From: Candidatus Cloacimonadales bacterium
GTDB taxonomy: Bacteria; Cloacimonadota; Cloacimonadia; G963667145
Direction: 5' to 3'
Assembly: GCA_965140615.1 (NCBI GenBank)
Contig: OZ223280.1
Span: 1,268,077 to 1,332,076 of the forward strand
Length of the DNA: 64,000 nt
Under the pieces are notes generated by a model, which had not been told where the DNA came from, searched no databases, and worked only from the letters and a program-made list of their open reading frames with translations. This document shows positions 48,201 through 57,897 of this stretch, piece after piece (position 1 is the stretch's first letter; each line of letters opens with the position of its first letter). Both the position numbers and the translations under genes were made by a program.

Positions 48201-49904
48201 ATGACTGCTGTAATAGTAATAGTAGGTCTAGTACTGTATGTTCTGCTGTACAAAGTGTACGGTAGCAAATTGGCGAAGATGGTGAAAGCCAGTGATGCGA
48301 ATGAGGCTCCGTCTTCGAGGCTCAGAGACGATGTGGATTATGTTCCTGCAAAGGCTTCTGTGCTGTTTGGGCATCATTTTGCATCAATCGCTGGGGCAGC
48401 TCCAATAATTGGTCCCGTGTTGGCTCTTGCTTGGGGTTGGATGCCAGCTTTGCTCTGGATTTGGTTTGGTAACATCTTCATCGGGGCAGTGCACGATTAT
48501 TTGGCGATAATCTCGTCCGTGCGTTACGATGGTAAATCTTGCCAGTTCGTGGCTGCCGATGTGATAGGAGCTCGTACTAGTAGGATTTTTTATTGGCTGG
48601 TGTTTTTTATGATTATCTTGGTGATATCCGCTTTTGGTGCTGTGGTCGGAGGGATGTATGTCTCTCAGCCAGCGGTGGCGTCTTCTTATGTGCTCAAGCT
48701 GGTGGCTGCTCTTATCTTGGGGCAATTGATGTATAAGGTAAAGATGAATTTCCACTTGGCGACTGCCATCGGAATTGTTCTCTTGATTTTTGCCATTATT
48801 GGCGGAACTTGGATGCCCATCAAGCTTGGTTGGGGAGCGTGGATGCTGATTATCGGGGTGTATATCGTAGTGGCGTCTTCTGTGCCGGTGAACATCTTGC
48901 TGCAACCCCGGGACTACCTGAACTCTTGGCTGTTGTACTTTGGGCTTGTGATAGGGCTTATCGCTGCTGTATTTAGCTTTTCTAGTTTCACAGCTCCTGC
49001 TTTCACCTCTTTTGCTCCGATCATCTCGGGTGGCAAACCTACGCCGTTTTGGCCTGCTATCGTCTTGATCATCGCTTGTGGCTCTTTGTCGGGCTTTCAC
49101 GCCTTGGTAGGCTCTGGCACGACATCCAAACAAGTGGCTAAAGAGAGCGATGTGATGACCATCGGCTACGGCTCGATGCTTACAGAGGGATTTTTATCCA
49201 CAATCGTGTTGGTTTCGTTGGCTGGTTTTTCTTTTGGAATCTTGCAAGAGGCTGGCACGGGCATCACTCTGGAGAATTGGGGGATGAAATACACCTCAGC
49301 TATGATGGGTAATTTCCCGAAAGCTTCCATGTTTGTGGAGTCTTATGCCAAGATGGTGGGGGCTACTTTCCTGAATGTAATTCCAGTGCGATTTGTGAAA
49401 GTGATAGCCGGTATGTGGGTTGCATCTTTTGCTATGACCACCTTGGACACTACTAATCGCTTGGGCAGATACGCCATTTGTGAGGTTTGTGCTCCTCTTA
49501 AAGATAGCTCATCAACTTTGTACAACTTCTTGACTAACAAATGGATAGCTTCATCTATCCCAGCTTTGATAGGACTGCTTTTGGCTTACACCAAAAGCTT
49601 TACCGTGCTTTGGCCTTCGTTTAGCACTGCTAACCAGCTGATAGCCTCTATTACGCTTTTCACCAGTGTGGCTTGGCTACAAAAGAGGTTGAAGGTGAAA
49701 AAGCTGAATATTGTGCTGGTACCTGCTTACCTTTTGTGGATTACCGTTACAGCCGCTATCTTGTGGTTTAGCGTTGTGGTGCTTCCGGGTACTATCGCTG
49801 CTAAGCCTTTCACCGGTTACACCGTGATGGGTATTGAGGTGATTATGATTGTTCTCAACTTTATCTTCTTCTACGATTTTTTGAAAACGAGAAAGAAGGT
49901 GTAA
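48201..49904 (+). CDS. cstA: Carbon starvation protein A family transporter
   Basis: HHFASIAGAAPIIGPVLA, a CstA signature; 567 aa polytopic. Confidence 0.85.
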   Translation: MTAVIVIVGLVLYVLLYKVYGSKLAKMVKASDANEAPSSRLRDDVDYVPAKASVLFGHHFASIAGAAPIIGPVLALAWGWMPALLWIWFGNIFIGAVHDYLAIISSVRYDGKSCQFVAADVIGARTSRIFYWLVFFMIILVISAFGAVVGGMYVSQPAVASSYVLKLVAALILGQLMYKVKMNFHLATAIGIVLLIFAIIGGTWMPIKLGWGAWMLIIGVYIVVASSVPVNILLQPRDYLNSWLLYFGLVIGLIAAVFSFSSFTAPAFTSFAPIISGGKPTPFWPAIVLIIACGSLSGFHALVGSGTTSKQVAKESDVMTIGYGSMLTEGFLSTIVLVSLAGFSFGILQEAGTGITLENWGMKYTSAMMGNFPKASMFVESYAKMVGATFLNVIPVRFVKVIAGMWVASFAMTTLDTTNRLGRYAICEVCAPLKDSSSTLYNFLTNKWIASSIPALIGLLLAYTKSFTVLWPSFSTANQLIASITLFTSVAWLQKRLKVKKLNIVLVPAYLLWITVTAAILWFSVVVLPGTIAAKPFTGYTVMGIEVIMIVLNFIFFYDFLKTRKKV

Positions 49905-49937
49905 TTATTACAACAAATCGAACTAAAAGGAATTTGC

Positions 49938-50207
49938 TTGAAGTTTGACTTTTTGAAAAGGGCATGGGAAACCATGGAAACTGTGCATCGTGGCAAGGCT
50001 GTAGAGGCTTTGCAAAACGAGCTGACGGAGATGGAAAATATGTTTTGTCTTTTGTCGATGAGCGGTCTGCTAGGTTTTCCCATGCCTATTTTTTATCATA
50101 GCTTGGAGTATTTGCCCGATATGCAAGCGGAGTGGCAAAAATTTTTTCACAAAGCTGAACGGGCAGACGATATGCTGGCGAGCATAGCGGGGATGAGCGA
50201 GCTGTGA
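49938..50207 (+). CDS. Small hypothetical protein with a central hydrophobic segment. Its TGA stop overlaps the GTG start of the next gene.
   Basis: Start is TTG (49938) or an in-frame ATG (49974). Hydrophobic stretch FCLLSMSGLLGFPMPIFY. Confidence 0.4.
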   Translation: MKFDFLKRAWETMETVHRGKAVEALQNELTEMENMFCLLSMSGLLGFPMPIFYHSLEYLPDMQAEWQKFFHKAERADDMLASIAGMSEL

Positions 50208-51112
50208 GGCTGGTAATTTTGCTAGGTAAAGGGGGAGTGGGCAAGTCCACTTGCTCTTCGGCATTGGCTTGGCAGCTAGCGAATAGGGGGCAGAAGACGC
50301 TTTTGGCTTCTTTCGACCCCGCACACAACTTGGGAGACATCTTCTCCCGCAAATTTGGCAGAAAGATTAAAAAATTTTCTGCAAACCTCGATGTATTGGA
50401 AGTCGATACGCAAAAAGCTGCCGACGAATATATCTCCAAAACTAAAGATTTGCTTAAGCAGGTTTACTCTTACAACACTGCCTACAATGTGGACGACTAC
50501 TTCAAGCTGTTTCGCTATTTGCCGGGAATACAAGAGTATGCGTCCCTCACTGCGTTGCTGGGACTGTTGCAAAAAAACAGCGAGAAATATCAGAATATTG
50601 TGCTAGACACACCACCCACAGGGCTTGCTTTGCAGATTTTGGCGTTGTCGTCTGTGTCGCTTAAGTGGTTGCGAGAGCTAAAAAGGTTGCGAGCAAAGAT
50701 ACTAAACGCAAGGCATGCCATCGCTTCTATCAGCGATAGGGATAACGAGCTCCGTTGCAGACAGGCGATGAAAACCGACCCAGTGTTACTAAAAATCGAG
50801 AAGATGCTTGCCGACTATAGTTGGCTAGAGAGTTTGCTCAAGGGAAGTCAGACGCACTGTGGTATCGTTACCAATCTGGATTTGCTTTCCCAAAAAGAGT
50901 CGCAGAGGATAAAAAAGAGTCTCAAAGATATTGGCATTCCACTGCGGTTTGTCCTTGTAAATAAAGTGGTAGCGGGTAGCCAAGAGAAAATATCCCAGAT
51001 TAAAAAAAGTTTGGCAGAGAAAGAAACTCTCTGTCTAGAGGTAGCCAGCAATCCTAAATATTGCGATTTTGCCGAAGATTTGAGCAAAATTTTATCAAAA
51101 GAGAGAGACTAA
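50204..51112 (+). CDS. ArsA/Get3-family ATPase, single-domain, ~300 aa
   Basis: LLGKGGVGKSTCSSALAWQLA (deviant Walker A), DPAHNLGD, DTPPTG (A-loop / switch). GTG start. Confidence 0.75.
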   Translation: MRLVILLGKGGVGKSTCSSALAWQLANRGQKTLLASFDPAHNLGDIFSRKFGRKIKKFSANLDVLEVDTQKAADEYISKTKDLLKQVYSYNTAYNVDDYFKLFRYLPGIQEYASLTALLGLLQKNSEKYQNIVLDTPPTGLALQILALSSVSLKWLRELKRLRAKILNARHAIASISDRDNELRCRQAMKTDPVLLKIEKMLADYSWLESLLKGSQTHCGIVTNLDLLSQKESQRIKKSLKDIGIPLRFVLVNKVVAGSQEKISQIKKSLAEKETLCLEVASNPKYCDFAEDLSKILSKERD

Positions 51113-51113
51113 A

Positions 51114-51737
51114 ATGGAACAAGATCCGCTTTTTTATCTATTCGTAGTGCTGACCATAGCGTTGGCTTTCGCTTACTTTGTGGGTGCCAGAGGCAATAAG
51201 AGAAGGTCCAGAGCGACTTTTGGCGTATTGGAGCAGGTGCTGCAACCCAGCAAGAAGAACTACACCAACATCGGTGGGCTGATAGGTTACAACTTCAACT
51301 ACGCCAAGCTGAAAGCCAAAAGAGTGTCGCACATCAACGGCGTGCTGACGATGCTCCCCAGACAGTCGCCTTTGTATCTGCCCATAGCCAAGCTTTTGGG
51401 GCGGAGAGATAAGCTGTATATGACAATTTTTGTTACCAATGTGCAACCCGGTGGTGCTTGGCACATCGTACACAGCAAATGCAAAGAGAGCATAGATATG
51501 GGAGATTTGACGCTAAAAAAGTTGTCTGTAGCTGGGGAAAGTTTCGAGCTTTTTTACCAAAACGAAGAAGATTTTACGATGTTGGAGCGGTTTATTACCA
51601 AGGTAAGCCCCAAACACCTTCGTCATATGGGGTATCATCCGCAAGACAAATCTTTTGCGATGTATTGGCTTCCTAGTAATTTTTGGCAAGAGCTGAAAGA
51701 AAGTTACGCTTTTATTTGCGGTATTGTAAATAGATAG
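51114..51737 (+). CDS. Hypothetical protein with a single N-terminal TM anchor, translationally coupled to the ArsA-like gene
   Basis: The ATG lies 1 nt after the upstream TAA. LFYLFVVLTIALAFAYFVGA is a TM segment. No family recognised. Confidence 0.4.
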   Translation: MEQDPLFYLFVVLTIALAFAYFVGARGNKRRSRATFGVLEQVLQPSKKNYTNIGGLIGYNFNYAKLKAKRVSHINGVLTMLPRQSPLYLPIAKLLGRRDKLYMTIFVTNVQPGGAWHIVHSKCKESIDMGDLTLKKLSVAGESFELFYQNEEDFTMLERFITKVSPKHLRHMGYHPQDKSFAMYWLPSNFWQELKESYAFICGIVNR

Positions 51738-51863
51738 TTTTTTTTGTTCTCTTTAAGGTGTGCAAGATAAGCTCTTCTAGAGTCTCTTTTTGATATTTTG
51801 CAAAAAAATTTTGACAATCTGCAACAATCAAAAAAATATCGCAAAAATTCTAAAGGACTGAAA

Positions 51864-53234
51864 ATGAGTAAATTGATGGTGAGTGTATCGGGAATGAGGG
51901 GAGTCTATGGCAAAGATCTTTTGCCGGAAAATGTCGTGAGAGTGGCTGCCAAGTTCGGTTGCCTGCAAGGTAGAGGGAAGATAGTGGTGGGCAGAGATAG
52001 CAGGACTACAGGGGAAGCGATGCTTCACAGTGTGAAGGCTGGGCTCTTGAGCGTAGGGTGTACTGTGGTGGATATCGGTGTGGTGTCTACGCCGACGGTG
52101 CTCTTGCAGGTGCAGGAGTCCGATGCAGATGGTGGGATAGCCATTACCGCTAGCCATAACCCTGGGCAGTGGAACGCGATGAAGTTTGTGGATAGCAATG
52201 GGTTATTTTTATATCCAGACAAAGCAAAGAATTTTATCGGTTCTTTGGAAGAAGATATTTCTTATGCAACTTGGGATAAGATGGGTACAGAAGAGAAAAA
52301 CGAGACTGCTATCGAATTACACTTGAAGAAGATTTTAGATTTGTCTTTTATGGATATAGAGTCCATTAGGCATAAGCGGTTTAGAGTGGCTTTGGATACG
52401 GTTAATGGTGCTGGAGGGAAGATATGCCTAGAGCTTCTTAATCGCTTAGGTTGTGTGGTAGAGCAGATAAACACCGAGCCTACGGGGGTGTTTGCTCACA
52501 ATCCTGAGCCTCAGGCTAAGAACTTGACCCAGCTTTGCCAATTGGTAAAAGACAGCGGTGTGGATGTTGGCTTTGCTACAGACCCCGATGTAGACCGTTT
52601 GGCTATTGTGGACGAGACAGGGGAGTGCATTGGCGAGGAGAAGAGCTTGCTTTTGTGCGAAGATTACATTTTGGCTAAAACCCCGACCGATATAGTTACG
52701 AACCTTTCCTCTTCGATGGGTAGTGATGATTTGGCTAAAAAATATGGGGTAAAAGTTTATCGTGAGAAGGTGGGCGAGATAAATGTCGGCTCCAAGATGA
52801 AAGAGGTGCAAGCCAAGATCGGAGGCGAGGGAAATGGCGGTGTGATTTGCTCGGAGTTGCACTATACCAGAGACGCAATGGTGGGGATAGCTATTGTGCT
52901 AAATTATATGGCGACATCTGGTAAAAGGTTGTCGGAGTTAAACCAAAAGTTGCCGACTTACTTCTTTGCCAAGCGAAAGGTGGAAACCAGCTTTGAAAAG
53001 CTGGACAAGGTGATGAGTTTAGCGGAAGGTATCTACGAAGATGCAGAATTTTGGGCTGGGCAAGAGAAGAGCCTGAACACAAAAGACGGGATAAAAATGG
53101 TGGGCGACAAGAAGTGGGTACACATTCGCAAAAGTGGCACAGAGCCAATAGTGCGGGTGTATGTGGAGGCGATAAGCCAAAAAGAAGCGGAGCAGATTTG
53201 CGAAGATGTTTGCCAAAGAATAACCAAATTTTGA
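51864..53234 (+). CDS. Alpha-D-phosphohexomutase family enzyme (phosphoglucosamine mutase / phosphomannomutase-like)
   Basis: GIAITASHNPGQWN (active-site Ser) and GGEGNGG-like sugar-binding loop. Start at the internal ATG with an AAGGA SD. Confidence 0.8.
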   Translation: MSKLMVSVSGMRGVYGKDLLPENVVRVAAKFGCLQGRGKIVVGRDSRTTGEAMLHSVKAGLLSVGCTVVDIGVVSTPTVLLQVQESDADGGIAITASHNPGQWNAMKFVDSNGLFLYPDKAKNFIGSLEEDISYATWDKMGTEEKNETAIELHLKKILDLSFMDIESIRHKRFRVALDTVNGAGGKICLELLNRLGCVVEQINTEPTGVFAHNPEPQAKNLTQLCQLVKDSGVDVGFATDPDVDRLAIVDETGECIGEEKSLLLCEDYILAKTPTDIVTNLSSSMGSDDLAKKYGVKVYREKVGEINVGSKMKEVQAKIGGEGNGGVICSELHYTRDAMVGIAIVLNYMATSGKRLSELNQKLPTYFFAKRKVETSFEKLDKVMSLAEGIYEDAEFWAGQEKSLNTKDGIKMVGDKKWVHIRKSGTEPIVRVYVEAISQKEAEQICEDVCQRITKF

Positions 53235-53255
53235 AATAAAAGTGAAGAAGATAAG

Positions 53256-55301
53256 ATGAATTTTTTATTGGAAGTAGGCACAGAAGAGATACCTGCTGGA
53301 TATATAGCTGGAGCTGCAAAGCAGTTGTGGGAGTTTCTGCAAAAAGGCTTGCAAGAGTGTGAGCTTGGTTTTGGGCAGGTCAAGGTTTTTGACACTCCCA
53401 GGAGGTTGGCTGTGAGCATAGCTGGCTTGGCTAAAGCCCAAGAGGACAAGCTGGTGGAAAAGGTTGGACCTAGCTTAGAGGTAGCTTATCTGCCCGATGG
53501 TAAGAGCTTGTCCAAGGCGGGAGAAGGGTTTTTGCGTAGTAGCGGGTGTGATGCTAGCCAGATTTGTGTGGTGGACGGCAAGAAAGGCAAAAGCATCTGC
53601 GTGAAGTACGAAAGGAAAGGCAAAAGTTCGAAGGAGATTTTGACCAGTTTGGCGACAGAGGCTATTGAGAAAGTCAGTTTCCCCAAGTCGATGAAGTGGG
53701 GTAGTGGCTCTTTCTTCTTCGCTCGACCTATTCGCTGGTTGGTGGCTCTGCTGGATGATGAGGTGCTGGATGTGCAGGTGGCAGGGGTGAAAGCTGGGCG
53801 GGTAACTTACTCCCATCGTGAGTTCGGTGGTGAGCACATCTTGCCCGATGTTGGTAGCTATGAGCAAGCTTTGTTAGATGGCAGGGTGATAGTCGACCGT
53901 AAGAGGCGGATGGAGAGCATCCTCGAGCAGTTTGCTCAGTTGGATGTAGATGTGGTGGATGACGATAAGTTGATGAGCCTCGTGTGCGATATCGTGGAGT
54001 ACCCCGTGGTGATGGTAGGTGAGTTCGAGCAAAGGTTCTTGCTCTTGCCCGAGAAGATTATCGTTACTACGCTCTGTGAGCACCAAAAATGCTTTGCCAC
54101 TCGGCAAGATGGCAAGCTGGTGAATAAGTTCGTGTTCGTCTCCAACGGCAAGAAGGAGAACGAGCAGACAATTATCCTCGGCAATCAAAAGGTTGCTAAA
54201 GCACGGTTGTCTGATGCGGAGTTTTTTTATAAAGAGGATACCAAGCAAAGTTTGTTAGATTATTATCCTGATTTGGGAGATGTTACTTTTCAGCGAGATT
54301 TGGGTTCACTCTTGTCCAAAGTGCAGCGAGTGGAGAGTGTTTGCAACTATCTGGCAAAGAAGTTAGATTTGACGATGTCAGACGAGTTGTGTCTAGCTGC
54401 CAAGCTGTGTAAATGCGATTTGGTTACGACGATGCTTGGAGAGAAGGAGTTCACCAAATTGCAAGGGTATATCGGCAAAGAGTACGCCGTGAGCTCTGGA
54501 GTGAGCCAGCAGGTGGCAGAGGCTATAGAGGAACACTACTTGCCCAAAGGATTAGGTGGTGAGTTGCCCAAGGGCACTCTGGGGGCTGTTTTGGCGATAG
54601 CCGACAAGCTGGACACGCTCTGCGGGATAGTGGGCATAGGTATGCTACCTACGGGCTCAGCCGACCCTTTTGCTCTGCGACGGGCAGCCACTGGCATTTG
54701 CAGGATAGTGCTGGACAGAGGTTACGATTTGGAGCTGGTGGATGCTGTGCGAGAGTGCTTTGCCCTGCAACCAGATAGTGTGGACAAAAAGCACGCTGAG
54801 TTCGTGATCGACTACTTGTTACAAAGAGCTAAGTATGTGTTTGGGCAAAAGAAGGTGGAAGCGGACTTGTTGCACGCTCTGCTGGATGGTAGCAAGAGTC
54901 TTAACTTGCTGGAAACTAAAGAGAAGCTGGCTGTGCTACAGCCGATGAAATGCAGTGCAGAGTTTTTGCAGTTGGTGCTAGCGTGCAAGCGAATAGACAA
55001 CATCTTGGCAGGTACACAGCCGCGTGGCAAGGTGCTACCAGAGCTTTTGCAGGAAAAGCAGGAGAAAGAGCTCTATGATGCTTATAGCAAGCTCGAACTG
55101 GAAAGCGAAAAAGATTTTGCCCAAGTGATAGAAGATTTGGTTGGCTTTTGCGGATTTATTGAGCGGTTTTTTGACAAGATAATGGTCAACGCCGAGGATG
55201 AGAAGTTGAAGATGAACAGATGTAACCTTCTGGCAGAGATTAGTGCCAGCATAAAAAAAATAGTCGATCTGAGCAAGATCGAAGCAGGAGAGTTGAAGTA
55301 G
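53256..55301 (+). CDS. glyS: Glycine--tRNA ligase beta subunit
   Basis: MNFLLEVGTEEIPAGYI... a canonical GlyS N-terminus; 681 aa. Confidence 0.9.
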   Translation: MNFLLEVGTEEIPAGYIAGAAKQLWEFLQKGLQECELGFGQVKVFDTPRRLAVSIAGLAKAQEDKLVEKVGPSLEVAYLPDGKSLSKAGEGFLRSSGCDASQICVVDGKKGKSICVKYERKGKSSKEILTSLATEAIEKVSFPKSMKWGSGSFFFARPIRWLVALLDDEVLDVQVAGVKAGRVTYSHREFGGEHILPDVGSYEQALLDGRVIVDRKRRMESILEQFAQLDVDVVDDDKLMSLVCDIVEYPVVMVGEFEQRFLLLPEKIIVTTLCEHQKCFATRQDGKLVNKFVFVSNGKKENEQTIILGNQKVAKARLSDAEFFYKEDTKQSLLDYYPDLGDVTFQRDLGSLLSKVQRVESVCNYLAKKLDLTMSDELCLAAKLCKCDLVTTMLGEKEFTKLQGYIGKEYAVSSGVSQQVAEAIEEHYLPKGLGGELPKGTLGAVLAIADKLDTLCGIVGIGMLPTGSADPFALRRAATGICRIVLDRGYDLELVDAVRECFALQPDSVDKKHAEFVIDYLLQRAKYVFGQKKVEADLLHALLDGSKSLNLLETKEKLAVLQPMKCSAEFLQLVLACKRIDNILAGTQPRGKVLPELLQEKQEKELYDAYSKLELESEKDFAQVIEDLVGFCGFIERFFDKIMVNAEDEKLKMNRCNLLAEISASIKKIVDLSKIEAGELK

Positions 55302-55304
55302 CTT

Positions 55305-55658
55305 ATGGATAAAATGTCTAAAAACTTACAGATGAAGTTGTTTGAGCTTTTTGGAAATCCCAATGGTAAGTCAAGCGACAGTTACCGTGTGATGAGCACT
55401 AGCGAGAAAGAGCTTTTCACAGGTTCGGCACAATCTTATTTGCTCGGGTTACTTTACAGCTCGTCTATCGACCATAGGTCTTTCGAGACGATTATGGAGG
55501 TTTCTAGCGGATTTTATCGCTTTTATAAAGAGAAGATAGAGGTGGAGAACATAAAGAAAATCGTGGAGTCTGTGGTGTTTGCCGTGGGCGAGAGCGATTC
55601 TGGGGCTAATATTAGCATTTTGGACAAGATTTATCCCGAAGAGGAAGAGGCAAACTAG
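55305..55658 (+). CDS. Hypothetical protein
   Basis: 117-aa ORF tightly packed between glyS and topA. No family recognised. Confidence 0.3.
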   Translation: MDKMSKNLQMKLFELFGNPNGKSSDSYRVMSTSEKELFTGSAQSYLLGLLYSSSIDHRSFETIMEVSSGFYRFYKEKIEVENIKKIVESVVFAVGESDSGANISILDKIYPEEEEAN

Positions 55659-57869
55659 ATGGCAAAAAGTTTACTAATCGTGGAGTCGCCAGCCAAGAGC
55701 AAGACGATTTCAAAGTTCTTGGGCAATCAATTTATGGTGGAGTCGTCTATGGGGCATATTCGTGATTTGCCCAAAAGTAAGCTAGGCGTGGATGTGGAGA
55801 AAGATTTTGCGGTGAAGTATGTGAACGATAGGTCGAAAGCCAAGATTACCAAAAAGCTCAAGGAGGCTGCCAAGAGTGCCAAAGACATCTATTTGGCAGC
55901 AGACCCCGACCGTGAGGGAGAGGCGATAGCTTGGCATTTGACACAGCTTTTGAGCAAAGAGATTAAAGATAAAGCGGTGTACCGCGTGGTGTTCAACGAG
56001 ATTACTCAAAAAGCGGTGCAAAAAGCTGTCAACCAGCCAGTGGACATCGATATGAATATGGTCAACTCGCAACAGGCACGGCGAGTGCTAGACAGGCTGG
56101 TGGGCTATGAGATTTCGCCCTTGATATGGCGGGTGATATACTACGGTTTGTCCGCCGGTAGAGTGCAATCTGTGGCTCTGCGGATGGTTTGTGAGAAAGA
56201 GGACTTGATAAAAGCTTTTGTGCCGGAAGAGTACTGGGAAGTTTCTGGTTTTTTTGGTAAGGGCGAGGTTTCGTCTTTTATGGCAAAACTGGTGGAGATA
56301 GATGGCAAGAAAGCCGACCCGAAGAACAAAGAGCAGGTGGATGAGCTACTGGACAAGCTAGCTGGAAAAAAGGCGAAAATAGTGGACATCCAGCAAAGTC
56401 AGCGAAAGAACCACCCTCTGCCTCCATTTATCACCTCCACCTTGCAACGAGCTGCCTCTACATATTTGGGCTTCTCGGCGAAGCGGACGATGGGTGTAGC
56501 CCAAAAGCTCTACGAGGGCATCGCCTTGGGCAAAGAGAGCGTCGGGCTGATAACCTATATGCGTACAGACTCGGTGAGGATGTCCGATGAGGCTGTACAA
56601 GCCACCAGAGCGTTGATACCATCGTTGTATGGTAAACAAGCACTAGAGCCTAAGGTAAGGCACTTTAGAGGCAAGAAGGGGGCTCAAGACGCTCATGAGG
56701 CTATCCGACCCACAGATGTAAGCAAAACGCCAGAGAGCATCAAGAAGTTCTTGAGTGCTGAGCAGTTTAAGCTGTACAACTTGATTTGGCAGCGGTTCGT
56801 GGCAACTCAGATGATACCTGCCGTGGTGGCATCGCAGAAGGTAAAGATAGCCAAGGGCGGGGCACTTTTCGAGGCACAAGGCGGTAGTGTGCAAGAGGTT
56901 GGGTTTACGGCGTGCTATACCTTTACCAAGCTGGCACTGGGCGAGAGCATCGACCCTTGCTACCAAACAGGCGACACCATGGACAAAGAGGAGATAGTGC
57001 CCGAGCAGAAGTTCACCAAGCCTCCAGCTAGGTATTCGGAGAGTTCGTTGATAAAGGAGCTGGAAGCCAAGGGAATAGGCAGACCTTCCACTTATGCTAG
57101 CATCTTGTCCACCATCCAAGACCGTGGCTATGTGCAACTATCGGAAAAAAGATTTTACGCCTTGGAGCTGGGTATGGCTGTGAACAAGTTTTTGGTGGGC
57201 AGTTTCGACTCGTTTTTTAATACAGATTTCACTTCGGGGATGGAGAGTGATTTGGATGATATTAGCGAGGGTAAGCTGGACTGGAAAAAGTTTTTGGATG
57301 TTTATTACAAACAGATGCACAAGCTAATGGACAAGGTGGATACTGCTAAATCCAAAGCTGCTTTGGTGAGACCAACTAGGAAGAAATGCCCTGAGTGCGG
57401 AAAATATTTGGTGATAAAGTGGGGACGCAACGGACAATTTTTGACTTGTAGCAATTACCCGAAATGTAAGTTTTCTGCTAACTTTAGGAAAAATGCTAAA
57501 GGTACAATAGAGATAGAAAAGCCGAAGGTGTTGGATGAAAAGTGTCCCAAGTGTGGGAAAGATTTGACAATTAAAAAGGGAAGATTTGGAGAGTTCGTAG
57601 CGTGTAGTGGTTACCCCGATTGCAAGTTCTCCAAGCCTTTGACTCTGGGGATAAAATGCCCCCAATGTGGCAAAGGTGAGATTGCCCAGAAGATGAGCAA
57701 GAGAGGGGTGTTTTACGGATGCACCCAGTATCCAGAGTGCAAGTTTGCTACGAACAACAAGCCTATACCTATAGCTTGCCCCGAGTGTGGGAACTCCTAT
57801 ATGGAGATAAGAAATATAAAAGGAAAGCAGGTCAAAGTTTGTCCCAAGTGTGGACAAGAGGCACTGTAA
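55659..57869 (+). CDS. topA: DNA topoisomerase I with four C-terminal zinc-ribbon repeats
   Basis: LLIVESPAKSKTI (TOPRIM), a catalytic Tyr region, and 4x CPxCG...C..C. Confidence 0.92.
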   Translation: MAKSLLIVESPAKSKTISKFLGNQFMVESSMGHIRDLPKSKLGVDVEKDFAVKYVNDRSKAKITKKLKEAAKSAKDIYLAADPDREGEAIAWHLTQLLSKEIKDKAVYRVVFNEITQKAVQKAVNQPVDIDMNMVNSQQARRVLDRLVGYEISPLIWRVIYYGLSAGRVQSVALRMVCEKEDLIKAFVPEEYWEVSGFFGKGEVSSFMAKLVEIDGKKADPKNKEQVDELLDKLAGKKAKIVDIQQSQRKNHPLPPFITSTLQRAASTYLGFSAKRTMGVAQKLYEGIALGKESVGLITYMRTDSVRMSDEAVQATRALIPSLYGKQALEPKVRHFRGKKGAQDAHEAIRPTDVSKTPESIKKFLSAEQFKLYNLIWQRFVATQMIPAVVASQKVKIAKGGALFEAQGGSVQEVGFTACYTFTKLALGESIDPCYQTGDTMDKEEIVPEQKFTKPPARYSESSLIKELEAKGIGRPSTYASILSTIQDRGYVQLSEKRFYALELGMAVNKFLVGSFDSFFNTDFTSGMESDLDDISEGKLDWKKFLDVYYKQMHKLMDKVDTAKSKAALVRPTRKKCPECGKYLVIKWGRNGQFLTCSNYPKCKFSANFRKNAKGTIEIEKPKVLDEKCPKCGKDLTIKKGRFGEFVACSGYPDCKFSKPLTLGIKCPQCGKGEIAQKMSKRGVFYGCTQYPECKFATNNKPIPIACPECGNSYMEIRNIKGKQVKVCPKCGQEAL

Positions 57870-57897
57870 AAATTACTTAAGACAAGGAGAGTTAAGT

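Noticed and set aside
57850-57897. 5' extension of the pckA ORF overlapping topA
   Set aside because: The ATG at 57898 has a strong AAGGAGA SD and gives a typical PEPCK N-terminus; the extension overlaps the topA 3' end.
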